A stretch of DNA of 64,000 nt from an uncultured cyanobacterium (GCA_963740315.1 CAVUDP010000002.1:3680001-3744000), one strand, 5' to 3'; counted from the stretch's first letter, positions 52,704 to 63,004 are shown. The notes: generated by a model from the letters alone, not told the origin. Program-made: numbers and translations.

Positions 52704-54389
52704 TTGGTCTTGAATGAAGACCAAAACAATATAAAAACGAATCGATATAATATCATGCAATCACTCACTGAATCAACTTATCACCAGGTTCACAACGTTG
52801 ATGCGAACCCTGTAAAACACCTAGAAAAAAGTACCGCAGAATACCTTCATACTAGTTTCTTGTTGTGGGAATACAAGAGGGCTTATAGCAAAGGGGAATA
52901 TAGAGAATTACTTCATAAATTTGGTTGGGATAAAGGCAGCACCGAAGAAAAACGAGCGCTCAAGTTAGCAGAAAATTTTCAAGATTTCGCATATCGTCCT
53001 CATGCTCTTTTCCAAATACCTGTTACAAAACTACTAAGATTATGTTCGGAAAAATATCAGCCAATAATTGAGCAGCTATCCGAAGTAGAAGAAGATTTAA
53101 CCTGTGCTTACGTAGATGATTTGATAAAAGAGAGACAGGCGTTACTTAAAAAGGAAAGGGAGTCAGCACTACCAAGTAAGCCTTCTATATGGCGTAGAAA
53201 TTGTAGAGGGGAGCGCTACGCGCAATTTCCCCCTATGTATGAGTTTGACGAACAAACGGGTTTATTAACTCAGAAATTGATGGATAATTTCGGGCTAATC
53301 CCTCAAGACATCCTTAGAAGTGCGATCGCCGACTTATATCAAAAAATTATAGAGGAAGAACAACCATATGAAGCTGGAGATGATGACAGTAATTTAGATG
53401 ATGCGAGCGAAAGTACTACTCAAGAAGTTAACGTTAATGGTAGCCAAGTAACCCCACCAAACGGCACAACTCAAACAGTCGAGCAGAAATGGGAAGAATT
53501 AGCAGAGCAACTAATCACCTCGGTCAATGAAATTGGTAGAATCAGTACCAATTGTGGTCAATTGATAGTAGAGAATTGCCAACGTTGGGAAGCAACAGTT
53601 CCTCAAGATAAAAGGTGGGATGCGATATCGAATATACTTCGGCACGATACGATATCGCTCAAGCATCTTTCTAATTACGCTTATAACCATAATCCACAGT
53701 GGAGAGAAACTTGGGGGGCTAATCTTGCTTCTTATCATAGCTTCGAGCAAGAGTTGGCATGGGTAGACACCGATGTTCGTAACGATGCTCTGGTATCTAT
53801 AGGCTTTGATATACCCGCCACTGTAGAAATCAAAACAGGGAATCAATCATATAAACAAGGTAAGGTAATCGGATTAAATGGGGAGAATATCACTCCCATT
53901 TTGGTCAAGGTTGATGGCTTCAATCATTATTTTCATTGGACTGAGTTGGAAGTAATTAAAGAAACAGTTAGGTCTAAGTTTTATACAAGTGTCGAAGAAC
54001 TACAAGAAGAATATTTAGAGGAACCACAAGAGTCAGATTTAGAGTTGGAGCCGACACCACTTGATAAAGGAATCGATGCTTTGATACAGGGAGATTGGAA
54101 AGACATAAGAAACATATTTAGCCAATACCCGGAAGTTAAGGAACAGGCTTGGGATGCGATTTCTAAAGAGCAAAAGCGGAGGGTGATTGATATTACCCCG
54201 GATAGTATTAGGGTATTAAATAAGGCTAAGAAAGAGGGTGTAATAGAGGAGTATAAGGAGATAGCTTCGGGGGTATATAAGATAAAGCTTCCAGGTACGT
54301 TAATATGGGAAAACCGAGCCTTCCACGAGATTGAAATATATCACCAGTTACGTCGATGGCGAGAAAATATATCTTGCTCGACTAAATAA
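52704..54389 (+). CDS. Large hypothetical protein, possible KOW/SH3-like segment
   Basis: 561-aa ORF; VEIKTGNQSYKQGKVIG..ILVKVDG..FHWTELEVI; start uncertain. Confidence 0.7.
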   Translation: MVLNEDQNNIKTNRYNIMQSLTESTYHQVHNVDANPVKHLEKSTAEYLHTSFLLWEYKRAYSKGEYRELLHKFGWDKGSTEEKRALKLAENFQDFAYRPHALFQIPVTKLLRLCSEKYQPIIEQLSEVEEDLTCAYVDDLIKERQALLKKERESALPSKPSIWRRNCRGERYAQFPPMYEFDEQTGLLTQKLMDNFGLIPQDILRSAIADLYQKIIEEEQPYEAGDDDSNLDDASESTTQEVNVNGSQVTPPNGTTQTVEQKWEELAEQLITSVNEIGRISTNCGQLIVENCQRWEATVPQDKRWDAISNILRHDTISLKHLSNYAYNHNPQWRETWGANLASYHSFEQELAWVDTDVRNDALVSIGFDIPATVEIKTGNQSYKQGKVIGLNGENITPILVKVDGFNHYFHWTELEVIKETVRSKFYTSVEELQEEYLEEPQESDLELEPTPLDKGIDALIQGDWKDIRNIFSQYPEVKEQAWDAISKEQKRRVIDITPDSIRVLNKAKKEGVIEEYKEIASGVYKIKLPGTLIWENRAFHEIEIYHQLRRWRENISCSTK

Positions 54390-54442
54390 AAAGCTTCAAT
54401 GGGTGCAAAAGTTTCATAACAAATACAGATAGGAGAACGGCA

Positions 54443-55048
54443 ATGAAAGAAATTTCTGATTCTGACCGTTGGAATCCGGCGCATTTTGGGGAAATGCCGC
54501 GTCAACTTGACTCAGATGGAAATCCTTTGATTTTTTGGGATGACAGTATTGAACCGCCAGAACCGGATGATTATGACACATTAATCGAATACGAGGAGGC
54601 ATGGGAGAAATGGGAAAAGGAAAACTCCGACAGTTGGACTTGTGCAGCGGAGTTGGAGTCGGTTTCCCCCTCTCCGGAATTATCACAGGAAAAGTCCAAC
54701 TATGCGGACTCTGTGAAATCGACTCGTTTTGTAAAGAAATCTTGCAAAAACGGTTCCCCGGTGTGCCAATCTACAACTCGGTGCGCGACCTCGGAATTCA
54801 AAAGGGAGAAATCGACACAATTACCGCATCACCACCGTGTCAGCCTTTCAGCCTTGAAGGAAAACGCTTGGGAAAAGCCGACGAACGAGACTGTATCCCG
54901 GCAGTTTTGCGACTTGTTGCTAGAATCCAACCCAAATTCTTCTGTCTCGAAAATGTACCCGGATTATTGTCGGCTCCCCAATATCCAGGAGAAAAGCCCG
55001 GAACATATTTTCAACAGATGCTCCAGCAGCTTTATGAATGCGGGTTAA
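54443..55048 (+). CDS. Alternative-frame ORF overlapping the methyltransferase; probably truncated
   Basis: AGGAGA RBS; acidic N-terminus (EPPEPDDY..YEEAWEKW); stays open across 448 nt of the MTase. Confidence 0.6.
   Translation: MKEISDSDRWNPAHFGEMPRQLDSDGNPLIFWDDSIEPPEPDDYDTLIEYEEAWEKWEKENSDSWTCAAELESVSPSPELSQEKSNYADSVKSTRFVKKSCKNGSPVCQSTTRCATSEFKREKSTQLPHHHRVSLSALKENAWEKPTNETVSRQFCDLLLESNPNSSVSKMYPDYCRLPNIQEKSPEHIFNRCSSSFMNAG
54601..55047 (+). pseudogene. C5-cytosine DNA methyltransferase, 3'-truncated
   Basis: Motif I LDLCSGVG, II CEID, IV ASPPCQPFS, VI ENVPG; similarity stops after LYECG and motifs VIII-X are absent. Confidence 0.85.
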
Positions 55049-55099
55049 TAGTCCCTATTGTCAGCGGAATCACCGATTCTTTGACTCGGCTTTTAGCTA

Positions 55100-56641
55100 T
55101 TAACGAATCACTTCTTCTAATTGTGTCTCTCGTGGCTGGGTTGTGTCTAAAATTTTCAAATAACTTTTTTCTTCATCTGAAAATGGTTCTGCATTCTGTA
55201 ACTGTGATGACAATAGATCAGCGGTAGCATCAGTAATATCACCACTCCGCCGATTTAGGCGATCGCGCAAAATTTCTTCAGGTGCAGTACAGTAAATAAT
55301 CTTCAGAGGAATTTGATGTTTCTTGGCTGCGGCGATCGCATCAGCGCGGATATTTTGTTTGTCGTATTTAGCATCTAAAATTACCGTAAATCCTTGAGTT
55401 GTCAGCATTATTCCTAACTCTAGGAGTTTGCTGTAAGTTTTTGACGACATTGCTTCCGTATATAATTTATCGCTGCCTCTTTCTAATAAAGGTATTCCTG
55501 CTAAATGTTTGCGAACAGCATCAGAACGGATTCGTATTGCTCCTAACTTCGGAGATAAATAGCGGGCAACTGTACTTTTACCGGAACCGGAAACTCCCGA
55601 CATTAAAAATAGCTTACCTTGTTGGGGCTTAGTATAATTCCAAGCTTGTTTATAATAATCAGCAGCAATTTTTCTCGACTCTTCTTTTACATCCACAGAA
55701 ACTTCTGACTCGTCAAGCAAAAATGAATTTACCTTGGCTCTGACATAAGCTTGTCTGCTTAAATACAGGGGTAGTAACTGTAAGCCTTCCCAGTCTCCTG
55801 TCTGTTCTAAGTATGTGTTTAAGAAAATATTAGCTAAATCTTTTCTTTTACGAGCTTCCAAATCCATGACTGTAAAAGCGATGTCGTACATAACATCAAC
55901 AAATCTGAATGATTCGTTAAATTCAATACAGTCAAACAGTAAGATTTGCGAATGCCACATACAGATATTGTGTAAGTGTAAATCTCCATGACACTCACGA
56001 ATACAATCATTTTTGAAGCGATTGATAAACAATTCTGGATGTTGAGTAAAAAAGTTATCGGTATAAGCTTTGGTTTCTTTATACTGAGTTTCTGTTTGCG
56101 CTTTTGGGATATATTTACTAGTTACTTCATAGTTCTCGTCAATTGAGCGTCTAACTTTATCAACTTCACCAAAACTACGGATGTAATCCGACGTTTCAGT
56201 TTGAGAATGATAGCGAGCTACAACTTTACCTAACTCTTCTATATGGGACTCACTTAATTTACCTTGTTCGAGCATAGTACTCAGCAACCCCTCTTGTGGG
56301 AACTGATGCATCTTTAGCGCGTATTCTACAGCCTTTGTTGTACCTCCTAGATGATATTGTTCGCCATCTTGAGTAATAGGCAAAACTTCCAAATATAGTG
56401 GTGCTGCTCCCCTTTTATTCAACCGCAATTCTTCTTGACAAAAATGTGAGCGCTTCTTGAGAGTAGAAAAATCTAAAAAGCCAAAATTCACAGGTTTTTT
56501 GACTTTGTAGGCATAATCACCAGTTAATAAAATATAAGAAATATGAGTTTGAACTAACTGTATTTTTTTGCTAATCGGATGCGGATAAAAATCCGGTTTT
56601 AGCATTTGTTTAATTAAAGTTGGGATAGATTCACTTACCAT
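55100..56641 (-). CDS. Phosphotransferase (APH-like) / AAA_33 P-loop kinase fusion, Rv2004c-like
   Basis: QTHISYILLTG..YKVKKPVNFGFLDFSTL, RECHGDLH, FDCIEFN; GVSGSGKSTVA, IRSDAVRK, ITDAT. Confidence 0.88.
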   Translation of the reverse strand: MVSESIPTLIKQMLKPDFYPHPISKKIQLVQTHISYILLTGDYAYKVKKPVNFGFLDFSTLKKRSHFCQEELRLNKRGAAPLYLEVLPITQDGEQYHLGGTTKAVEYALKMHQFPQEGLLSTMLEQGKLSESHIEELGKVVARYHSQTETSDYIRSFGEVDKVRRSIDENYEVTSKYIPKAQTETQYKETKAYTDNFFTQHPELFINRFKNDCIRECHGDLHLHNICMWHSQILLFDCIEFNESFRFVDVMYDIAFTVMDLEARKRKDLANIFLNTYLEQTGDWEGLQLLPLYLSRQAYVRAKVNSFLLDESEVSVDVKEESRKIAADYYKQAWNYTKPQQGKLFLMSGVSGSGKSTVARYLSPKLGAIRIRSDAVRKHLAGIPLLERGSDKLYTEAMSSKTYSKLLELGIMLTTQGFTVILDAKYDKQNIRADAIAAAKKHQIPLKIIYCTAPEEILRDRLNRRSGDITDATADLLSSQLQNAEPFSDEEKSYLKILDTTQPRETQLEEVIR

Positions 56642-56743
56642 TATTTATAATTTTCTAAAAAAACGGACAACTGTTTGCATAAAGCGGGCTAAAAATAATC
56701 TTAACCCGCTCATTGCTTCTTTCAAGTAAACTTTTTTCAGTGT

Positions 56744-56920
56744 TTAATAGTGTCTGTTTTCGGCTGAATCGCCTTCGTAAGGCTGTACTCCTGATTTGGG
56801 GTAATCGTCATCGCTAGGACTAAAAATTCTGGTTACTCCATTAGTTGTAAATTTAATCAACTTTTGGGGAATTTCTACAACTGATTTAATCATTCTTTTA
56901 GCTAAGGATGCAGTAGACAT
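56744..56920 (-). CDS. Small conserved cyanobacterial protein
   Basis: AGGAG RBS before MSTASL; RIFSPSDDDYPKSGVQPYEGD motif. Confidence 0.7.
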   Translation of the reverse strand: MSTASLAKRMIKSVVEIPQKLIKFTTNGVTRIFSPSDDDYPKSGVQPYEGDSAENRHY

Positions 56921-56945
56921 ACGGGAATTCTCCTTTTTTATTGAT

Positions 56946-57659
56946 TTAGTTAATAGAAAAATCTTCAACAAACTTTTGTCTTGTTAGCGGTTCTGCTAAT
57001 ATTAATCCTTCACCACCAAGAGGGTTTTCTTCATCTAATAATTTACCCTCAACATAAAGATAAATATTAGCTGACTCGTCAATACTTGAAGCAGTGTAAA
57101 GTACTTGAGCTACACGATAAATCATCGAAGTGGAGCCACCACCATAGCGAAATTCATCGGACAGATTTACATGAATTCCTGTTTCGTCAATTCGTAAACC
57201 CAATAATTTAGTTCCTGCTGGAATTGTCGAAGTAAATTGATTATTTTGAGTTGTATCAAAAAGTTGGTTCAAAGCTTGTTTTAATGCAGCTTCTTTCGAT
57301 GCTCCCTTTTCAATTGCAACTGATTGGGGAATCAAACTAATTTTTTCAGCTTCAACTTGCAATAAGTAAGCTTTCGGCTGTAACTCTATTGCGACTGTAA
57401 TGTCTTTGGGAGTAAATTTTTCAGTTCTTTTAGGAATTGTAAATGGAACAGTTGGTTTTGGAACTGTATTGTTTTCTTTGGTGATGGGCGATTTTTTGAC
57501 TTGTTCGGGTGTGGGAGTTGTAATTGTTTCTGTAGAAGTAGAATTTTGATTAACATTTATACTATTCAACCAAACTACAGTTACAAATAAACTTAGTAAT
57601 GACAGTATGTAAATGATGAAAAAGTTTGGATAAACCGGACGGGTATTTTGGGTTTTCAT
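56946..57659 (-). CDS. GerMN domain membrane protein
   Basis: TM; STIPAGTKLL, VNLSDEF..GGGSTSMIYRVAQVLYTA, LGGEG. Confidence 0.88.
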   Translation of the reverse strand: MKTQNTRPVYPNFFIIYILSLLSLFVTVVWLNSINVNQNSTSTETITTPTPEQVKKSPITKENNTVPKPTVPFTIPKRTEKFTPKDITVAIELQPKAYLLQVEAEKISLIPQSVAIEKGASKEAALKQALNQLFDTTQNNQFTSTIPAGTKLLGLRIDETGIHVNLSDEFRYGGGSTSMIYRVAQVLYTASSIDESANIYLYVEGKLLDEENPLGGEGLILAEPLTRQKFVEDFSIN

Positions 57660-57770
57660 AATTTTTCTCCTACATTATTAATGAGTAAATTATTAAATTT
57701 CAGATTTACCCTGATACCTCATCCCCGAAATTCACCCTGTATATTCTTTTAAAGTTATTTAGCTAGTAGA

Positions 57771-58459
57771 TTACGAAGGTGCGTTCATTTGGGCTTTGGT
57801 TCGAGCATTCATTGTTTCTTCTAAATGTTCTGGGTGCTGAAGTTGCTTATTCATACTTAATCTTGCTGATTCTGAAATCGCAGCATCATGGGAATTTTCT
57901 AATTCTTTTTCAATCCGAGAATGCATAGTTTCTTCAATGTGTTCTTCTTGTTGACGCTGTTTAGCCATTGCGGAGCGCGCTCTTTCTTGCATAGTCAAAT
58001 CAAGTTTGACCACATCGTGTTTTTCAGTATGAGATTTGGGTAAGCTCAAAGTTAAAAGACCGTTATGAATTTCGGCTTTCACATTGTTGTATTCAACACA
58101 CATCGGTAAAGGTATTATGCGTTGAAAGTGTCCGTATTCAAACTCAGTGCGGTAAATACCTTTTTCGTTATGAACTTTGTGTTCTTCATGTTCCCCGGAA
58201 ATAGAAACAGCATCTTTAGTTACATGAATATCCAAGTCTAATGGTTCTATTCCAGGTACTTGAGCTTGAAGAATAAGATTGGAATCCGTTTCTTTGATTT
58301 CAAATGCTTCCAAGTTGCATTTTCTATTTTGGGAATAGCACTCAGAGTATTATTAGCAGTTTTTTTAGTACTTCCATGCATAACCTCATCAAACAAATTA
58401 TTCATTTGATGACGTAGAGTATCTATCTCTTTAAGCGGATGCCAATTTCTCTGTGACAT
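57771..58459 (-). pseudogene. Hsp20/alpha-crystallin small heat-shock protein, frameshifted near 58308
   Basis: N-terminal WHPLKEIDTLRHQMNNLFDE and the domain EIKETD..QVPGI..EFEYGHFQRIIPLP..NGLLTLSLPK lie in different frames. Confidence 0.85.
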
Positions 58460-58539
58460 ATATATCTCCCTGCAATCCTGATGAAAACTTTAGTCGGCGA
58501 GCCTTTTTTATTGGCTCTACTTTCAAGTTAGGAAAATAA

Positions 58540-58558
58540 TTTGAGGAACTTGTGAGGA
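58540..58558 (-). promoter_or_regulatory. TCCTCA direct-repeat motif upstream of hsp20
   Basis: Minus strand TCCTCACAAGTTCCTCAAA, then N9-TAACTT. Confidence 0.65.
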
Positions 58559-58566
58559 AAAGGAAG

Positions 58567-58626
58567 GAGTTAGGAGTTAGGCGTTATGAGTGATGAATTA
58601 GGAGTTATGAGTTAGGAGTTATGAGT
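58567..58626. repeat. Degenerate STRR heptamers (GAGTTAG/GAGTTAT)
   Basis: Directly visible. Confidence 0.75.
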
Positions 58627-58656
58627 ATAAATAAAAAACTGTTCACTGGTTACTGG

Positions 58657-59043
58657 TTACTGTTCACTGCTCCAGCCGAGAACTTGGGAAATTTCTTGCG
58701 CTAATGTTAAGGGGCTGAAAGGTTTGGCGATCGCCGCTTTAATTCCTAAATCATCATAGCGATTACGGTCAGCATTTTGTACTTTAGCTGTAAGTAAAAT
58801 TACTGGAATTTGTTTTGTGCTTGAATTTTCTTGTAAATATTTAAAAGTGGTAATGCCGTCCATATCTGGCATCATTACATCCAAAAGAATTGCATCAGGT
58901 TTTTCTGTTTGGGCTTTTTTAATTCCTTCTGTTCCAGAACTTGCTGTCACAACTTGCCATTTAGCAGTAGTTTGCAAACAAATTTTGGTAACTTCTTGAA
59001 TATATTCTTCGTTATCAACTACTAATATCTTTTTTACTGTCAT
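58657..59043 (-). CDS. Single-domain response regulator (CheY-like)
   Basis: ILVVDNE, ILLDVMMPDMDG, LLTAK, AKPF. Confidence 0.92.
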   Translation of the reverse strand: MTVKKILVVDNEEYIQEVTKICLQTTAKWQVVTASSGTEGIKKAQTEKPDAILLDVMMPDMDGITTFKYLQENSSTKQIPVILLTAKVQNADRNRYDDLGIKAAIAKPFSPLTLAQEISQVLGWSSEQ

Positions 59044-59104
59044 TATTAATATAGATATTTATTTTTTAATCGTTTTTCTTATACTCAATGATAACTGTTA
59101 ACTG

Positions 59105-62100
59105 CTAACTGTTATTTGGTAGAGTAAAATAAAATGTACTACCAACTCCTACGGTACTTTCAGTCCAAATTTTACCTCCATGCATTTCTACTATACTGCG
59201 AGAAATAGCTAAACCTAAACCAGTACCTTCATGATTTCGCGAATCTGAAGAATCTACTTGTTGAAAACGCTCGAAAATAATTTCTAATTTGTCTTCGGGG
59301 ATACCACTTCCGCTATCTTGAACTGTAATTAATATTTCTGAATTTTGCTCGGTTGCTGTTAAACGAACTGTACCACCAGGCTCAGAAAATCGAATTGCAT
59401 TACTAAGCAAGTTTGTTAATATTTGAATAAATCTATCAGCATCTACCAGCACTTGTAAAGAAGAATTTTCTATTAATAATTTGACTTGCGCTTTATCGGC
59501 TAAAGGTTGAGCTAAATTAATTGCTTGTGTTATTAATTCAGTTAAATCGCAGCTTTGCTTGGACATTATGATTTTTCCCGATTCAATGCGTTCGATATCG
59601 AGAATATCGTTGATTAGTCTTACCAAGCGTTCTGTACTATCAGTAGCAATTTGTACTAAGCGTTTGCCATCTTTGGAACACATAGGTATTAAATCGGTAC
59701 TTAGCATTCCTAAAGAACCATGAATCGAAGTTAAAGGGGTGCGAAGTTCGTGAGAAACTACTGAAACAAACTCATTTTTCATCCGCTCTATTTGTTTGCG
59801 ATGGCTTATATCTTGTAAATAAACTGTATAAACCGTTTTATTGCCTAAATTTAACTTTGAAATCGAAGCTTCAGCAGAAAATTCGCTACCATCTTTACGC
59901 TTACCTAAAATTTCGCGACGTTCGCCCATTTTTCGAGATTTGGCTGATGAATTACCAAAATTTTCTACATGATAACGGTTAGTTTCTATCGCAAGTTCTG
60001 GTAAAAGTAAATTTAAAGGTTTTCCGACTGCTTCTGCAACCGAATAACCAAAAATCTTTTCGGCACCTTGATTAAACAAAGTAATGCACTGATTGCTATC
60101 AATACAAATGATTGCATCCCAAGCAATGTCTACAATTCCTTTAAATTGTGCTTGCGCTCGCTGACGCTCTCCTAATTCCAATTGTAAGCATTCGTTCATT
60201 TTGACTAGTTCTGCTGTTCTTTCCGCTACTCTGTTTTCTAATTCTTGCGATTTTTTACGTAAAGAATTTTCTGTATAATGTTTTTCGATAGCGCCAGAAA
60301 TCACGTTAGTTATCGCTTGCAAGAAATAAATGTCGTCTTGATTAAAAGTACGTTTCGCAGAAGTATATACACCCAAAACACCATAACTACAGTCAATTCC
60401 AAAAATTGGCACGGTTGCACCGCTAATAATTCCGTGTTCTTTTAATAAAGTCGGACTATGAAATCGAGTTTCTTGGTTTAAATCTTCAATAATAAAAGGT
60501 TCTTTTGTAACTAAATTTTGATCGAAATTCAGCAAAGCTAATCTTACCAATCCTTGATTCCACCCAACTCCCGCACGTAGCAGCATCGCATTACCAGAAG
60601 GTAAATTTTCCAAAATATGACAAAATTCTACATCTAAACTTTGAGCAACCAGCGCTACAGTTTCATCCATCAAAGCAAATATATCTTTATTTGTTAAAGC
60701 CGACTGTCCTAATTTAGCTATAGCTGCTTGCTGTTCAACTTTGGCTTTGAGTAACTGATTAATTCTTTCTTTTTCTACTTCAGCTTGTTTTTGTTTTGAA
60801 ATATCTCTTGTTATTGCTAATTGAACTAATTCACCGTTTTCCGGATTAAGTAAAGGTACCCCATGAGTTTCTAAAAAACGGTGTTTACCTTGATTACCAG
60901 TTATTTCAAATTCTAAATTTCCTTGATTCCCCTGACAAACGCTTTTATTTAAATCCTCATAAGCTTGACGATATTGCGGTAAAACTACAGAATAAATATT
61001 TTTACCAATTGCAGTTTCATCCGCTTCAATTATCGCTAAACCAGCGGGATTCATTTCTAATAAAGTTCCATCGGCAGATACTAATTTAATGCATTCAGGA
61101 GATGCATTGAAGACTTTTCGCCAGCGTTCCGATTCGCTTTTACTATATTTTTCTCGTTGTTTTATCAACCTTTCTTGAGATTTAATTCTTTCCAAACGGT
61201 TAACAATTCGAGTGACTAATTCCGGTCCTACAATTGGTTTACTGACGAAATCATCCGCACCAACGCTATAAACTTGGTTGACAATTTCAGGTTGATTATG
61301 AACTGTTAGAAATAATATTGGTAGTTCGCTCCAGCGTGAATTATTGCGAACTTCATTACAAAGTTCAATCCCGCTAAATCCAGGCATTTCTACATCTAAA
61401 ATTAACAAATCTGGCTGTATTTCTTCTAAGGTTTCCCAAAATTTTTGTGGTTCTGCTAAAGTTTTAATGGTGATTCCCCAATGTTTGAGTAGTTTTTGCA
61501 GTACTTCTAAAATTTTAGGGTCATCATCTACAGCCAAGACTGTTGTTTGTGCTGTTTCCGACTGTTTTATTAGTTGCTTTGCGGTGTCTAAAATTTCTTC
61601 TGAAGATGCGGCTTTTTGTAATACTACATTTTCACTATCGTTGATAATTTGCTGATGATTTCCTGTTTCTTGACTTAAAATTATTACAGGAATTGCAGGC
61701 TTACGATTTTTAAATTCTGCTAATAAATTTAAACCATCATCTGAATCCAAAATCTCAGCATCAACTACTGCTACGTTTGGATGTTCTTGATAGAGTTTTT
61801 GTCTTGCAGATGAAATGCTATTAACAATCTTAGTTTGCAATCCTAAATCGGCAGCTTTATTAACTAAATCTTCGGTTATCCTTTTAAAAGTATCAACGAT
61901 TAAGAGAACGGGACGCTCATCTAATTCATAAGTATTACTAGGAGTTGCAACTTCAGAAATCGGTACGTTAATTTCTGCAAGTAAAGCTTTAACTTTTGCA
62001 CCAAGTTGGACTATTTCAGTTTTATCTAAAACTTTATCTGATTTGAGTAAATTTTCGATTTGACGTGCTATTTTAGAACCATTTGCAAAGCCAAAAGTAC

Positions 62101-63004
62101 CTAAAGAACCAGCTAATGTATGTGCCTCTGCTGCTGCTTGAGAATGCAATTCTTTGGTTAATAATTCATCTTTGTCTAATGCTTGTACGACTTCAAGTAA
62201 TACATTTACTTGCTCAGAGACTCTTCCTTTATATTTTTCCCAAACTCCAGCGACAGCATTTAGAGTTTGAGCTTTGGTTACTTGAGAACTCGATTTTTCT
62301 TCCTCATCTCCTTGCAATATTTTCTCCTCTTCCTGGGGTTTTAATCTATAACCAATACCATATACAGTTTCAATTAAATTACCAGGGGCACCCGCAGCTT
62401 TGAGCTTCATTCGCAATCCTTTTATATGAGTACGAACGGCTTCTTCCGAAGGAATATCCTCGTAAGACCACAAATGCTCTAAAATCATTCCACAGCTAAA
62501 TACACGGCGGCTGTTGCGTAAAAATAGTTCTAATAATGAATATTCTTTAGGAGTTAAAGATAAGTTTTTTGTATCATAATCGACTTCGCAACTAGTAGGA
62601 TCGAGTCGCAAATTACCCCATTCTAATACCGGCTGTAAATTTATTTGTCCTCTACGCAATAACGCTCTAACACGAGCTACTAATTCTTCTTCCTCAAAAG
62701 GTTTAACTACATAGTCATCAGCACCAGCATCCAAACCAGTTGCTTTTTCGTGAGGACTATTGCATCCCGTTACCAACATGATAGGAATTAACCAACCACC
62801 AGCACGAATTTTTCTACAAAGACTAATACCGTCCAGTTTCGGTAAGGTGATATCTAAAATGATTAAGTCGTAGTCAAAAGCTTGAACTAATTCCCAACCT
62901 GCTTCTCCATCGTAAGTGACTTCAACTGCATAATTTTGTTGAGTTAGCACCGCACTTAAGGCTTGAGCAACAAGTTCATCATCTTCTACAATTAAAATTT
63001 TCAT
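59105..63004 (-). CDS. Fused signalling protein REC-wHTH(OmpR)-Hpt-REC-REC-PAS-GAF-PAS-HisKA-HATPase
   Basis: MKILIVEDD..LDITLP; LTPKEYSLL..ETVYGIGYRL; AHTLAGSLGTFG; LDVEMP; PAS and GAF segments; SHELRTPL, NLLSNA, DSGSGI, GTGLGL. Confidence 0.9.
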   Translation of the reverse strand: MKILIVEDDELVAQALSAVLTQQNYAVEVTYDGEAGWELVQAFDYDLIILDITLPKLDGISLCRKIRAGGWLIPIMLVTGCNSPHEKATGLDAGADDYVVKPFEEEELVARVRALLRRGQINLQPVLEWGNLRLDPTSCEVDYDTKNLSLTPKEYSLLELFLRNSRRVFSCGMILEHLWSYEDIPSEEAVRTHIKGLRMKLKAAGAPGNLIETVYGIGYRLKPQEEEKILQGDEEEKSSSQVTKAQTLNAVAGVWEKYKGRVSEQVNVLLEVVQALDKDELLTKELHSQAAAEAHTLAGSLGTFGFANGSKIARQIENLLKSDKVLDKTEIVQLGAKVKALLAEINVPISEVATPSNTYELDERPVLLIVDTFKRITEDLVNKAADLGLQTKIVNSISSARQKLYQEHPNVAVVDAEILDSDDGLNLLAEFKNRKPAIPVIILSQETGNHQQIINDSENVVLQKAASSEEILDTAKQLIKQSETAQTTVLAVDDDPKILEVLQKLLKHWGITIKTLAEPQKFWETLEEIQPDLLILDVEMPGFSGIELCNEVRNNSRWSELPILFLTVHNQPEIVNQVYSVGADDFVSKPIVGPELVTRIVNRLERIKSQERLIKQREKYSKSESERWRKVFNASPECIKLVSADGTLLEMNPAGLAIIEADETAIGKNIYSVVLPQYRQAYEDLNKSVCQGNQGNLEFEITGNQGKHRFLETHGVPLLNPENGELVQLAITRDISKQKQAEVEKERINQLLKAKVEQQAAIAKLGQSALTNKDIFALMDETVALVAQSLDVEFCHILENLPSGNAMLLRAGVGWNQGLVRLALLNFDQNLVTKEPFIIEDLNQETRFHSPTLLKEHGIISGATVPIFGIDCSYGVLGVYTSAKRTFNQDDIYFLQAITNVISGAIEKHYTENSLRKKSQELENRVAERTAELVKMNECLQLELGERQRAQAQFKGIVDIAWDAIICIDSNQCITLFNQGAEKIFGYSVAEAVGKPLNLLLPELAIETNRYHVENFGNSSAKSRKMGERREILGKRKDGSEFSAEASISKLNLGNKTVYTVYLQDISHRKQIERMKNEFVSVVSHELRTPLTSIHGSLGMLSTDLIPMCSKDGKRLVQIATDSTERLVRLINDILDIERIESGKIIMSKQSCDLTELITQAINLAQPLADKAQVKLLIENSSLQVLVDADRFIQILTNLLSNAIRFSEPGGTVRLTATEQNSEILITVQDSGSGIPEDKLEIIFERFQQVDSSDSRNHEGTGLGLAISRSIVEMHGGKIWTESTVGVGSTFYFTLPNNS

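Larger units (their letters stand above)
39373..55047. mobile_element. tRNA-Phe-integrated element (ICE/prophage-like island), right end truncated
   Basis: Integrase directly after the tRNA, a run of hypothetical genes, FtsK, cell-wall hydrolases, divergent regulators and an MTase cut off near 55047; no second copy of the tRNA 3' end seen in the window. Confidence 0.8.

Noticed and set aside
39373..55047. Tailed prophage or classical T4SS ICE
   Set aside because: No terminase, portal, capsid, tail, relaxase or VirB4 motifs recognised. Not fully excluded, because the element is truncated and several ORFs are unassigned.
40813..55047. PD-(D/E)xK protein plus C5 MTase as a restriction-modification pair
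   Set aside because: They are 13 kb apart, the MTase is truncated, and this nuclease-like family is commonly stand-alone in cyanobacteria.
55048..55227. C-terminal part of the 208-aa MTase ORF
   Set aside because: Read-through past the breakpoint into the antisense strand of the kinase gene; no MTase motifs.
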